This document shows positions 50,591 through 61,325 of a DNA stretch of 64,000 nt, piece by piece (the stretch's first letter is position 1; every line of letters starts with the position of its first letter). A model generated the notes under the pieces. It was given only the letters and a program-made list of their open reading frames with translations. It had not been told where the DNA came from and did no database searches. A program made the position numbers and the translations under genes. This DNA is from Podospora anserina. Lineage: Eukaryota. The stretch lies in the NCBI GenBank assembly GCA_017654855.1, contig CM030338.1, positions 1,240,001 through 1,304,000 on the forward strand, in the 5' to 3' direction.

Positions 50591-53014
50591 GGGATAGTAG
50601 TGGGAAGGGTGACGGGAGTGGGTGAGGATGATTAGGTGCATGCACAGGTATACCTAGAGGGAACTCTTGGAGAGCATCACACAGAGGACACGGTATAGCA
50701 TAGCATTGAACTTTTTGGAAGAGGACACTTTTCTCGTATAGTAGTAGGTAGGTTTGGGAAGTCGAATCGAGGACGTTTCTGGTGACCTACGGTAACTAAT
50801 GATGCATGTGCCAAGAAATATTCAAGCTTCCGGGCGGTTGATATATCGAGATCTCTCCAGGCCGGCCCAGGCGCTAAAGTTCGGGGAGCGGGGTTTATGT
50901 AATCGCGCTGGCTGGCAACACCCCGCAGTGGCCCGCTTCGGTGAGCGGCACTCACCTGAAGGTCTCCTAGTCTCTCCCCTTCGATGGAACATTGGCGCCT
51001 TGCACTGAACACCTCCTGGCTCATGAGACAGCGAATTGCATACAGCAGAGCAGAGCACAGCCTTATCGATATCCTTTCTTTTTTCTCCCGACACGTTTCA
51101 TGACGTAGTGAGAGAGCCTGGACACATCTCAAACACTCTCACTGCCTAGGATCCGCCTGCGGGGTTTCAGATGACCTGAGCTCGCCGTAACACTACCTTA
51201 CCTACCTTCTGGAGCTGCGATAGCGAACTGTGAGAGAGTGCCTCACCTGCGGGGTCGATTCAGCAAAGCAAGGCATTATCGATTGAGCTTCACCGACGAT
51301 TGATCAGGCCAACCCAGTCAGGGATCAGGAATATACATCCTCCCCTATATCCAACAAATAATACAACAACACCGGTGAGTTTTCATCTTATTCGTCAGAT
51401 CTGACCTTGCTCACCTACAGCTTATCACTGACTGGCACCACAGCATGAGCTATCTGAGCCCTTTCATGGTCGATCTTCAAGTTCAGCATTGATCTCTTGG
51501 AGGAAGCGGGGTGCTCTCAACCCAAGGTCGAGCGTCTATCGGCAGATAGTTCAACATGGAGGTAAGGGCAACCGTTTGTTCTTCGTCACAGCCTCGGTCA
51601 CCACAGCACACCTACATCACATCACAGCAATCTTGCAACAAGTCACGATCCCTGCAAGTGCCGGGTCTTGCTTTGTTCTTTCTCCGAGGACTTTTCCCTC
51701 GAGGTGATTGCTTCGTTGCGCAGCTAGCACTTTCCCATCGCCGACGAGTCACACGGGGGTCTTGTTGTTTCTGTCTCGTTGGTCTGTCTCGTTCTAGAAG
51801 CAACGCCAGCACCGTTGGGGGCATTTTCCAAAGCTTTGTGGATTTTCCCCCTCTGATTCCTCTTTTACCGCCGCAACCAACAATTTACCCCTGGACCCCT
51901 GGACGCGGACACCGCCCGGTCTGGCTTTTTGCTTCTTCACCACCAAATCCTCGGCCTTCCGACCAAACTGTGACGCCTCTTCGTCATCTTCGTCAGGCAA
52001 GTGTCACACCAGTCTCGCAGCGGTGACGGATGGGCGGATAAGCGGGAGCAGACGGGCAGGCAGGCAGGCAACCAGGCAAAAGGCAAGTTATAGGCAGCAG
52101 AAATCCCGCGTGTCAAACATTGCAGAAATGTCTTTTCAGCGAGTGAGTTACCCGAAACTCTTTCATCTGCTGTCTGTATGTTGCCCCTGTCGTCACTGGG
52201 TGACCGCTTGGGTTTGACTTTGCGGCCGAGCCACCGGGTCCAACTCGCTGGAATCGGGAAGAGTGCTTGTGCAACCCCGGTTGATGTTTTTTTTCTTCTG
52301 GCTCAGGATTATTATGCTGTCATGCCTCGCTCTTGCCTAGTTGAGTATTATATGGGCTTCTTCTGACCGCAACTTTGCCTCTTTCCGTCAGTGCGGTGGT
52401 CCCTTTCTCTCATCCACTTGGTTTCCTCCCTCTTCCTCTCTTCTTCCTCTGTCAGACAGGAACACAGAAACACAGACACCAGCAAAGTCCACGAGGCGAA
52501 AAAGAAAAATGGAGGCCATGTGCGGATATGGTGCCAACCAGAGGTGAGCTCGTCTCGCCGGTTAGGCCCAGCGCCACGACACCACCAGCAGCAAGCAGAT
52601 GCTGTGAGAGCCTTTGTTTCTCTCACTCACAGACAATGCGCATGCGTCGAACCGCAAAAAGCCAGCTCAGACCTGCCTACCACCACTTCATCCAAAGCAC
52701 AATTCCGTTGTCTTATCTCTGAGTCGACTCTGCTTCCCGCCTCTCGGCCGGTTCAGAAGCAAGCAAGCAGGCAAGCAGTTCCCGGCTTGGCCAATCCCGC
52801 CAGGCTGTTTACACAGCTTGCAAACAAAAAGGGCTTGTCGACATCGAGGATTCGAGGATTGGGTTCTTGCCTACTCGTGTCGTGTGACTGCTTGCTTGCT
52901 TCTTGGGGGGCATGCAAGAGCGGTGACGGAGGGGAGACTTGCTTTATCTACTTCAGGGGCTCCCTCTTTTTCTCTCAAGACACCTCACCTGGCTTTACTT
53001 TGTTTTGTTCCGTC

Positions 53015-54405
53015 ATGTCTTCTACCGGTGGCAATGGGGGCGGTGCTTCGAGGGACAACGGAGAGGATCTGGACTCGCAGCCTCTACGCCCTCGTCCGAT
53101 CAGGTTTATCAGTCCAGCAGCGCTAAATCTTTCTCGTGTTTATGAACAGAACCGGCAACGAATCCAAAAGAAGGATGGGCCAAAAGTGCCTGACCCGACG
53201 ACGCCCCAGACGAAGGGGAAGCCTCGCCTGTTGTTGATGGGACAAAGGAGGTATGGAACCTTTGGATTTGGATGGACAGTGTGGAACTGTGGCTGACTGT
53301 GCTGTTTGTTTCAGGAGTGGGAAGTCGTCCATCTCGAGCGTGGTGTTTCACAAGTTGCCAGCGAGCGAGACATTGTTTCTCGAGTCGACGGCCAGAATTC
53401 AAAAAGACAGTCTCAAGTAAGCGTCTGAAGAGAGCAAAGTTCTGTGCGGATCACCCGCTGACACGTTGAAGTTCTTTCATGGAGTTTCAGGTTTGGGATT
53501 TTCCAGGTCAGATCGACATCTTTGAAAACCCAGCCTATTCGTTCGACATGGACGCCATTTTTGGCGAGATTGGGGCTCTCATTTGGGTCATTGACGCCCA
53601 AGACGATTATCTCGAAGCCGTGACCCGGCTGAACATCACCATTCTCCACGTCCAACGAAGCTACCCTCACATCAATATCGAGGTCTTCATCCACAAGGTT
53701 GACGGCCTTAGTGACGACTACAAGCTGGATATCCAGCGCGATGTGACGATACGGATTCAGGACGAGCTGTCGGACCAGGGGATCGAAAACGCGCCTGTCA
53801 ACTTCCACCTTACCAGCATCTACAACCACAGCATCTTTGAGGCCTTTAGCAAGGTCATCCAGAAGCTCATCCCTAGATTGGGTCAGCTCGAGGCGATGCT
53901 GACGAACCTCTGCCGGACGTGCCGGTTCGAAAAGGCCTATCTCTTCGACGTCAACACCAAGATCTACATTGCGACGGACTCGACCCCCGAGGACATGGCC
54001 AGCTACGAAATCTGCTCTGATTATGTGGATGTTATAATTGACTTTACCGAAGTTTATGGGAGCTGGCCGAGGACGCAGCAGTGGAGGGACAGGCTGGAGG
54101 GGGAGCCGTGGGCGCAGCCGCTGGAGGATCAAGTGGCGTGCGAGTGGGCCGAGAGCGGGATGGTGCTTGCCGACGCGCAGAGGCCGATCATGCTGAGGGA
54201 GGTGGACAGGTTTCTGGCGCTGGTGGCGATCATGAAGGAGGGGAGTTATGAGAAAATGCCGCAGATTAACATGAATGTTGATGTGGTGGTGAAGGGGCTG
54301 ACGGAGTTTTTTGAGATTACGAAGCCGAGGGGGGGAGGAGGGGGGGTGGTTGGGGGGCAGGGAGGGGAGGGGGTTGTTAGTCCTGGTGTTGCTCCTGCGC
54401 TGTGA
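53015..54405 (+). CDS. GTR2: Rag GTPase Gtr2 (RagC/D); start uncertain
   Basis: LLLMGQRR|SGKSS, TLFLEST, WDFPGQ, FIHKVDG, LTSIYNHSIFEAFS, KIYIATDS; introns 53251-53314 and 53417-53471. Confidence 0.95.
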
Positions 54406-54642
54406 TGAGCGGAGTGTGTTGGGTTGGTTGGAAGGGGGGCGGGGGGAAGAGCAAAATTATATACATAGCGTGATAATGAGTTTTGTAAAGAGGATCTGAG
54501 ATGAAGGGGGTGAACGCGGATGCTGTCCTTGGGCCCTGTTTTGTGATGTTCAAATCACATGGCAAAAAGTAAACAGATGGAAAAAGGGGGAAAGTAAAAA
54601 AAAAAATGGATTTCTTCTCTGAGAGAAGATGGTCGTTGTACT

Positions 54643-54733
54643 GGGGCCACCCGGGGATTGAACCCGGGACCTCTCGCAAGCAATGCTGTAGGGTGAACCC
54701 TAAGCGAGAATCATACCACTAGACCAGCGGCCC
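54643..54733 (-). tRNA. tRNA-Pro(AGG) with 19-nt intron (54679-54697)
   Basis: GGGCCGCTGGTCTAGTGGTATGATTCTCGCTT-AGG-G..TGCGAGAGGTCCCGGGTTCAATCCCCGGGTGGCCCC; stems pair; T-run terminator on - strand near 54596-54606. Confidence 0.95.
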
Positions 54734-54869
54734 TTTCTTGAATTGGTGTTTCTCCTCTCCTCATTTTGAAATGATATGGAGCTGTGGGCGGAGACCAAGT
54801 CGTCTCCCCAACATTGAAGGGGTTTTGTGGCAGGGAGATGGTGGCTTGGGGAAGCCCTAACTTTATCCA

Positions 54870-54890
54870 CTCTCTCTCTCTCTCTCTCTC
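54870..54890. repeat. (CT)10 microsatellite between the two tRNA genes
   Basis: Read directly from the sequence. Confidence 0.9.
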
Positions 54891-54973
54891 CACATCTACA
54901 CTAACTAAAATACCAGCAGAGAGAGGGGCCTTTAAAAAGGAGGGCTATGAGGGAGGAGGGCATAAACAAGACA

Positions 54974-55093
54974 GGGCGTGTGGCTCAGTTGGTAGAGCGT
55001 TCGCTTAGCATATTTCACGGTTTCCGATTAAAATTGGGAGTCTGGGGTACAGATATATGCGAAAGGTCCTGGGTTCGATTCCCAGCCCGTCCA
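54974..55093 (+). tRNA. tRNA-Ala(AGC) with 47-nt intron (55011-55057)
   Basis: GGGCGTGTGGCTCAGTTGGTAGAGCGTTCGCTT-AGC-A..TGCGAAAGGTCCTGGGTTCGATTCCCAGCCCGTCCA; G3:U70 alanine identity pair. Confidence 0.95.
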
Positions 55094-55230
55094 CTGCTTG
55101 TAAATCACCATTTGGTGGTGGGTTATCTTTTGTGCTTTTTGCAGTCTGGTCATTTCTTTTTGTTGCTTGGTTTGTGGTTGGGGTTGCGGTGAGTGTGGTT
55201 GGGGTTTGGACTGAGGGCTGGTATGGAACC

Positions 55231-55316
55231 GAAGGCTGTTGTGGACTGAAGGCTGTTGTGGACTGAGGTCTGTTGATGGAGGGCTGTTGACTGAGCTCTG
55301 TTGACTGAGCTCTGTT
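55231..55316. repeat. Degenerate minisatellite built on a CTGTTG(TG)GACTGA core
   Basis: GAAGGCTGTTGTGGACT x2, then CTGTTGACTGAGCT x2 and partial copies. Confidence 0.8.
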
Positions 55317-57662
55317 GGTTCACTATTGGTTGTTGTTGAGGTAGGTATAGGTATAGCTTGATCTTACTCTTCGAAGCCAGAAACTTTCGCTAGAGGATCA
55401 TTGGAACCCTTGTCATAGGTATTATGCAGAGTGAATCGTGAAGCCAACAGAAGAAACAATACTCCAAAGCAGACTGTGGATAAAGACTCTTTATGGAAGG
55501 TGGTGTGTTAGTGTTGAAGTACCTATCTAGGTAGGTACCATGCAGTCAGCCTCAACTGAGGTCTACTTGGAAATTGTCGACAAGATATTTCACCATATCA
55601 GAAACTCGAAACTACTTCACTTTCCTATTGTCACACTTGCATAGCTCTTCTGGCTTCCAGAGCCAAGTAAGAAGTCTTGAGAATACCCAAGGTAGAGGGG
55701 GCATCTTGGACCCTAAACTTCCGATGCGAACAATGATTCACAAGTCTCAAAGGTCACTGAGATGCATGGATACGCATATTGTCGCTACCCCTTTTCTCCC
55801 CTTTTGATGGTTACCGAGGCCTGGAAAGGGGCCCCCAAAGACAAACAATCTCTCTTCAGTAGCCTGAAAACCGCCCCCCCCCGGCCAAAAAAAAACCCTT
55901 CAACAAGGCAGCAATACCCCAGGTATCTTGCAATACGATAAATTCATCCGTCTTTTTATTGTTGTATGAACAAACCGGGAATGATGGGTTTGCCCCCGAT
56001 GTGCCAATACGGCGCAAGTAAAATGGCTACGTACCATCTCAACGCAGCTGCGTCGCGCTTAGGGCGGCCAACCGGAAAGGGGGTAAACCTGGAGCGGGGG
56101 AGTCGGATGATTGTTGACTGTTTTTTCTTTCAGGCTTGAGGTAATGGTGAATGCAACGCCGCAGTTTGGCTTTCAAGACGGAAAAAAGCGAGTGGGATGA
56201 TGATGGTGTTGGTGCACGAATCTGCAGAGAGAGCTCTTCCTAAAGGTGTGAGAGAATGAATGGATTAGGAGCGATGACCCGACACTCCGGACCTCCAGCC
56301 TGTTCTATCTAGATCGAAAAGCGCAAATTCTGGATTCTAGAAGCTGGTCCCAACTGCGCATCCTCCGAGTCCCGTCCCGTCTATTCTCACCCCCTCCCTA
56401 GGTCAAACTCCTTCAGCCCTCCCGGCTCGTTTCGCAACAACACTCTCAATAAGACACCATCTTCATCACGATCCATTCTCAGCCCTTGTTCAGCCCAAAG
56501 AAACATGAAACATTCCGAATTCTATGGGTTAGGGTTTCCCTTTCTCCCTTCCCAACACTGCCACCATCACCACCACCACCACCCTCATCGCCAAAATTCT
56601 GCCTCGCCCAAGTAGGTAAGCTTCCAAAAAGTCACCCGCACATCCATCCCACCACCGGACAACCCGCATCTATGTCCCACGACATTCCAATTTTCCCATG
56701 CATTTAATCTATGTTCCTCCAAAAAACCGAGCATGTGAAAGCCAACGCAAGAAAGATGCGGTACGTAATCCACCCAATCGAGCTCAGCCTCTCAGCCTGC
56801 AGACTGTTGTGCAAGGTAAAGTTGGTCAAGGCTCAGCCGCTTTGCTGAGGAGGGGAAAATCCCGTAGGCCGGCTGGGTTAAACGGGCGGGTGGGTGTTCC
56901 ACCCCCGGAAAAGGTTCGTTAATTACCTGGTGCCTCTGGGGAAAACCACCTAGACCCCTAGACACAGTCAACGGTGATACTGCAGGGGCTGGGGGGAGGA
57001 GACACAAGAGTGGTACGTACTGCATCGGGGTGCACAAGTTAGAACTTTGGAAGCTTACGAGAACACGGAGAGGGCAGGGGTTTACTTCCAGACTACCTAA
57101 ATGTGTGTGTGCTCTTCATGTTGATGCCTTTGAGGACTGGCCGAGCTGGGATAGGTAGGTTGCCACTACCGGTACAATTAGAGTAGGTAGGTATAACCTG
57201 GCCCTCAGATACGGCAAAACCCCCGATGCACACCCGCGGCAGTGTCACTAGACGGCAGCTGTGCGGCGGAGGAAACTACGCCATCCCACGGGCCCGCGCC
57301 CCAGACGAACGGGCAGGGAACCCTCTTACGGGATTTACCTGGTTCCAGGTGAATTCCATGGTTTACCTGGGGAGAGAGACTGTTATGTAAGTAGGATTAA
57401 GATGGGTGTTATCTTTGACTCTTGCACACCCCACACAGGCCCTTATGATGAGGACAAGACGGATAGATGAGTAAAATATGTCTCTCCACCCACAAATCTG
57501 AGACAATGTACTCACCCAGCCTGAGCTTGGAGGGGTTGCTCCCACTAGGTAGATATGCCTCTCCATAAGCTGAACCTATGTAGACTGACAGGCAACTACC
57601 TAAGCCCACATCTGTCCATCAGCCCGTCCCGAAATCCCGAAACATCCCCACGCAAACTACAC

Positions 57663-57689
57663 ACCAGGTAGGTAGCCTACCTACCTGGT
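57663..57689. repeat. Perfect inverted repeat, 13-bp arms and 1-nt spacer
   Basis: ACCAGGTAGGTAG C CTACCTACCTGGT. Confidence 0.9.
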
Positions 57690-60290
57690 ATTCCTCTCCA
57701 CTACACCTACTACCAAACGAGCGCCACAACCAGTCCTCACTCTCTCACCCCCAACCTAACACCTTCACCCCCAACCCACATCACCCGGTTCATATTTTTT
57801 TCCCCCCTTCATCCACGCTCGCGGGGTCCAATGCCCGACCACGTAGACCAGCCCGTTGACCATAACCCCCGGCCCTAAACCATGACCTCAAATTAAACCC
57901 CCCATCATACAAACTTCACCCTCTACACTACCTCAATTTGAGAGCCCCCCTCCCCCAAATACATGTGCCCCGAACAAAAAGTTCCCATCCTCACCCCCCC
58001 TTCGGTCCCGGGCCGTGTCTTAGCCTCTTTGATATCCTGGCATCATCATGTCTTCGGTGTTTCTGTTGCCGTGTGTACACCTCCAACCCAGCCCTTTGAG
58101 GCAGGTAGCACGAACGGTTACATCTGGCTTTCATTACCAAGAAAGAAAAAATCTCACTTACATGCACACATACAGACCTAATAGCGTCTACCGAGCCTTG
58201 CTGACATGAGGACATGAGGACATGAAGAAATTAGCCGCTGCGGAGTCTGCTGCAGAGTTGATGTAGGGTAATATACCTCAAACCTCACCAAGATCTCACC
58301 TGCTTTTTGGACACTCACCCTGCTTGCAACGTCATTTCTGTTGAATCAGAAACGTTACCTCGCATCACTCTCTTTCAATGTGTTGACTATTCACAAAAGA
58401 CCTCAACCACATGCAACAAAAGAGTCCAAAACAAAAAAAAATTGGTTTTGAGCAAACGTTTTTCTCGTTTTTATTAACTACGACGTGTAATAGAATCCTC
58501 GTAGTCTCAAGCTACTTGGGTTATAGAGTAGAGAGAGAGAAATTTCCCAGCCGCAAAAAAAAAAAAAAAAAACCAGTTGCGGATTTCCCACGTATTCCCC
58601 TTCCAGCATCTCAAACCAGTGAGACGAACCCCCGTTCCTGGCCCCCCATTCCCCACCTTCACCACCCTTTCTGACAGCCGAGGAGCGCGGTTATCGTCTT
58701 TTGACTGCGTTGTAAACCGGAAAACCATGACCTGAACTGCACCCATCACAATTCCCCTTCTGCCGGGAAATAAAACGTGCGCAACAGTAATCTCGTTCCA
58801 GTACCGACAGCCAAAAACAACACCCACTTCCCAAGCCAAGCTGTCAGGATTGGTGCGGAGAAAGGGGAAAGAGAGCCCCCCCCCAGGCAGATAAAAGAAA
58901 AGAGAAAAAAAGACAAAAATTAAAAAAGACAAACCAGTTGCCTTTTTATTTTGCCCTGTTCACAAAATCCAAACACCCCTCCCCCTTCCCCAAAACCAAC
59001 CCCCTACTCCCGTCCATTCTTCTTGTTCCATATCCGAGGCAAGCCTTCTTTGCCTCGGGCTCGACCCAGCCTCCTTGGAAACACTTCCTTGTCGACAACC
59101 AGTGTCTGCCCTTTTGCTCCAGAAAATCACATATCCCGTATGAGTTTTTTCATGTCGCGCGCGCCAGGCTAGATGAATGTTATGTTTTCCGCTGATTTGT
59201 TTTTGGATATACACCTCCCAAACAACAATCCAGTGTTTTGTTTTGTGTTTTTTTTTGCAGCGTTTCCGGCATCAAGCCGAAAAGTCGTTACCTCGTCGTC
59301 GTCGTCGTCGTCGTAATCGTCGTCGCTCGGTCGTACGCAACGTCGCAAAAAAAAAACAAAAAAGCCGGTTCTTGTCGGGGATATATATATCCATCATTAA
59401 GAAAAAGAAATAGGCCGTAACATTAACATTCATCCATGAGACAAGGAATATTAAAATGTTTGGTATCCAAGGTGGTCGTGCGTTGTCGGGTGAGTGAAGA
59501 ACGAACGTTAAGCGAGTGTTGGTTTTTTTTTGGCTGAAGGTCGAGTCGAGTGGTGCTGAATTTCGTCCCCCATATCCACCAAGTTTTTGAAAGGGAAAAA
59601 AAAAGAGAGAAGAAAAGAAAAAGATCTTGAGCCCGGTCTGTGCCGAACTTGGGTTGTGGTGCATTGCTGCGGTCTCCTCTTTGATATTTGAATCACCGAA
59701 AAGGAAAAAAAAAAGTTTCACACAAGAAAAGAAAACAAGACCACCTGTATCTCATCCTTTCCAAAATATGCCGATAAATATGCAGATAAAAACTCATATA
59801 TCCAGCCCCAGGACCCAGCCATGTAAGGTTTGATGTTGTGTGCATGCGATACAAAAGCCAAACAGAAGAAAAAGGCTTACAACCGAGCTCGCAGTTGAAG
59901 CAGTGGTATCCAAAATAGATGAAAAAAAAAACCAAGACCAAAAAACGCTCGCTGTAAACAAAAGAAACACACACAAAAAAAAAGAAAAAAAAAGAAAGAA
60001 AAACCCCGTCCAAATATATATGCGCCGAAAAGGGTATGTCGACGATATGTTCCCAGGAAGCTCCGAACCCATGCAAAAGGTGATGAAAGAAACGCCCCGA
60101 TATGCCTTTGATGCTTGCGAACAATAAAGTGTGGTGGTGACAGGGGAAACTCTGTTGTTGCGCTTTGATGCCAAACCCTCCTGAAATCGCGACTATCGGT
60201 CGTGGCCGATGGGCGCGTTGGTTGGCGCGCTTACAACGAGGCTGTCGTCACGACTGGATAGCTAGCGGCCGATACAGGTGGCGATGGTTG

Positions 60291-61325
60291 TCACATTGTC
60301 GTCGCATAGTCCTGGTACCGACTGTCCCAGCCAAACGAGTTGTAGCCAACCGTCACACCGCACTGAGGAGCAAGCATGCTGGGCAGTGGGAGGTGGGGGA
60401 TGGGCGACGAGACCAACTGCGAGCCGTAGAACAGACCAGCTGTGGTGTACGGCTGGCTGTAGGCAAGAGGAGGCGATGGCGTGTAGGACTCGCTGATGCC
60501 AATCGTGGCCCACATGGTAGGGCTGGTCGAGTCGGGCGGAGTCGAAGCTACACTCGGGCTCGAAGGCAGGATCTTCCAGGAATCGACGGGGGCTGGCATC
60601 GTGGTCGGGGTGGGCGCCTGGGACCAGATGTTCGCACCTGCAGGCGAGCTGGGCAGGAGCGGTGGTTGACGGACGACATCGACGATCCTGGGCGGCGGCG
60701 GAAGCAGAGGCTTGACCAGGTTCATGACGGCATTCTTCACCTCTTCACTCTTCCCACTGAGCAGCTCTCCAGCACCATCCTCCTCGAGCCCCTCGAGTGC
60801 CGACACATGTGTCCGGAAGACAAACTTGTTGATGGCCTGGATGAAGTCCTCGTGAAGCTTCTTGCACTGTGTTTCCTTCTCGGACCAGTCGTAGGTGTTG
60901 GCCTTTGCATTGACACAGTGGATGTCCTTGTGGTACTCAATCAGGGACTCGATGGTGTCCGGCGTCAGCTTGTAAGCAACCTCGTTTCTCAATACCATGT
61001 CGACGTGCACAATGTAGGCCTCGAGGTGGATGAGCTGGTAGTTGAAGATGGCCTCAATCAGCGGGTTGGAGTCTTTCCTGAGCTCCGACTCGGGGGCCTT
61101 GGGCAGCATCAGCGAAGCCAGGGTCCAGATGGCATTTGGCGACGACAGGGTCTCGGTCAGACATCTTTGGTGCTGAGGTACACTGTTGAGTGGGCGCTTG
61201 ATCCTGTTGATGCGCTTGAGTGTTTGCGTGAGCCACGGCTCTACCTTGGATCCGAGGACCACGTTGACGGAGGAAGCACGGGGAGCAAAGGCAGCTGCCG
61301 AAGCCGGGAGTAGTTGTGGTGGCAT
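60291..61325 (-). CDS. 344-aa intronless protein of unknown function
   Basis: Clean ATG context (caaaccATG), strong C/G-ending codon bias, globular-looking ~200-aa N-half (VEPWLTQTLKR, IHLEAYIVHVDMV, FIQAINKFVFRT) and P/S/T-rich tail. Confidence 0.88.
   Translation of the reverse strand: MPPQLLPASAAAFAPRASSVNVVLGSKVEPWLTQTLKRINRIKRPLNSVPQHQRCLTETLSSPNAIWTLASLMLPKAPESELRKDSNPLIEAIFNYQLIHLEAYIVHVDMVLRNEVAYKLTPDTIESLIEYHKDIHCVNAKANTYDWSEKETQCKKLHEDFIQAINKFVFRTHVSALEGLEEDGAGELLSGKSEEVKNAVMNLVKPLLPPPPRIVDVVRQPPLLPSSPAGANIWSQAPTPTTMPAPVDSWKILPSSPSVASTPPDSTSPTMWATIGISESYTPSPPLAYSQPYTTAGLFYGSQLVSSPIPHLPLPSMLAPQCGVTVGYNSFGWDSRYQDYATTM

Noticed and set aside
52391-53014. 208-codon in-frame N-terminal extension of GTR2 from a GTG
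   Set aside because: Composition is not protein-like and resembles intron/UTR sequence; treated as a possible spliced leader instead.
54974-55093. Mismatch at position 6:67 suggesting a tRNA-Ala pseudogene
   Set aside because: Yeast tRNA-Ala(AGC) also has a pyrimidine mismatch there; the other stems and the A/B boxes are intact.
55100-56750. Telomerase RNA built around the AACCCTAACCC box at 56526 (or 18412)
   Set aside because: No pseudoknot, CR4/5 or Sm site could be identified, and similar boxes sit in ordinary short promoters. An Infernal/BLAST search with Sordariales TER would settle it.
60165-61313. 382-aa Arg/Gly-rich antisense ORF over the 344-aa gene
   Set aside because: Starts at TTG, composition is dictated by the sense-strand codons, and there is no independent evidence.
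3-61325. Stop-codon readthrough (TGA-CTA) or A-to-I-corrected premature stops
   Set aside because: None of the gene stops I inspected has the TGA CTA context, and the intact gene models need no internal stop correction.
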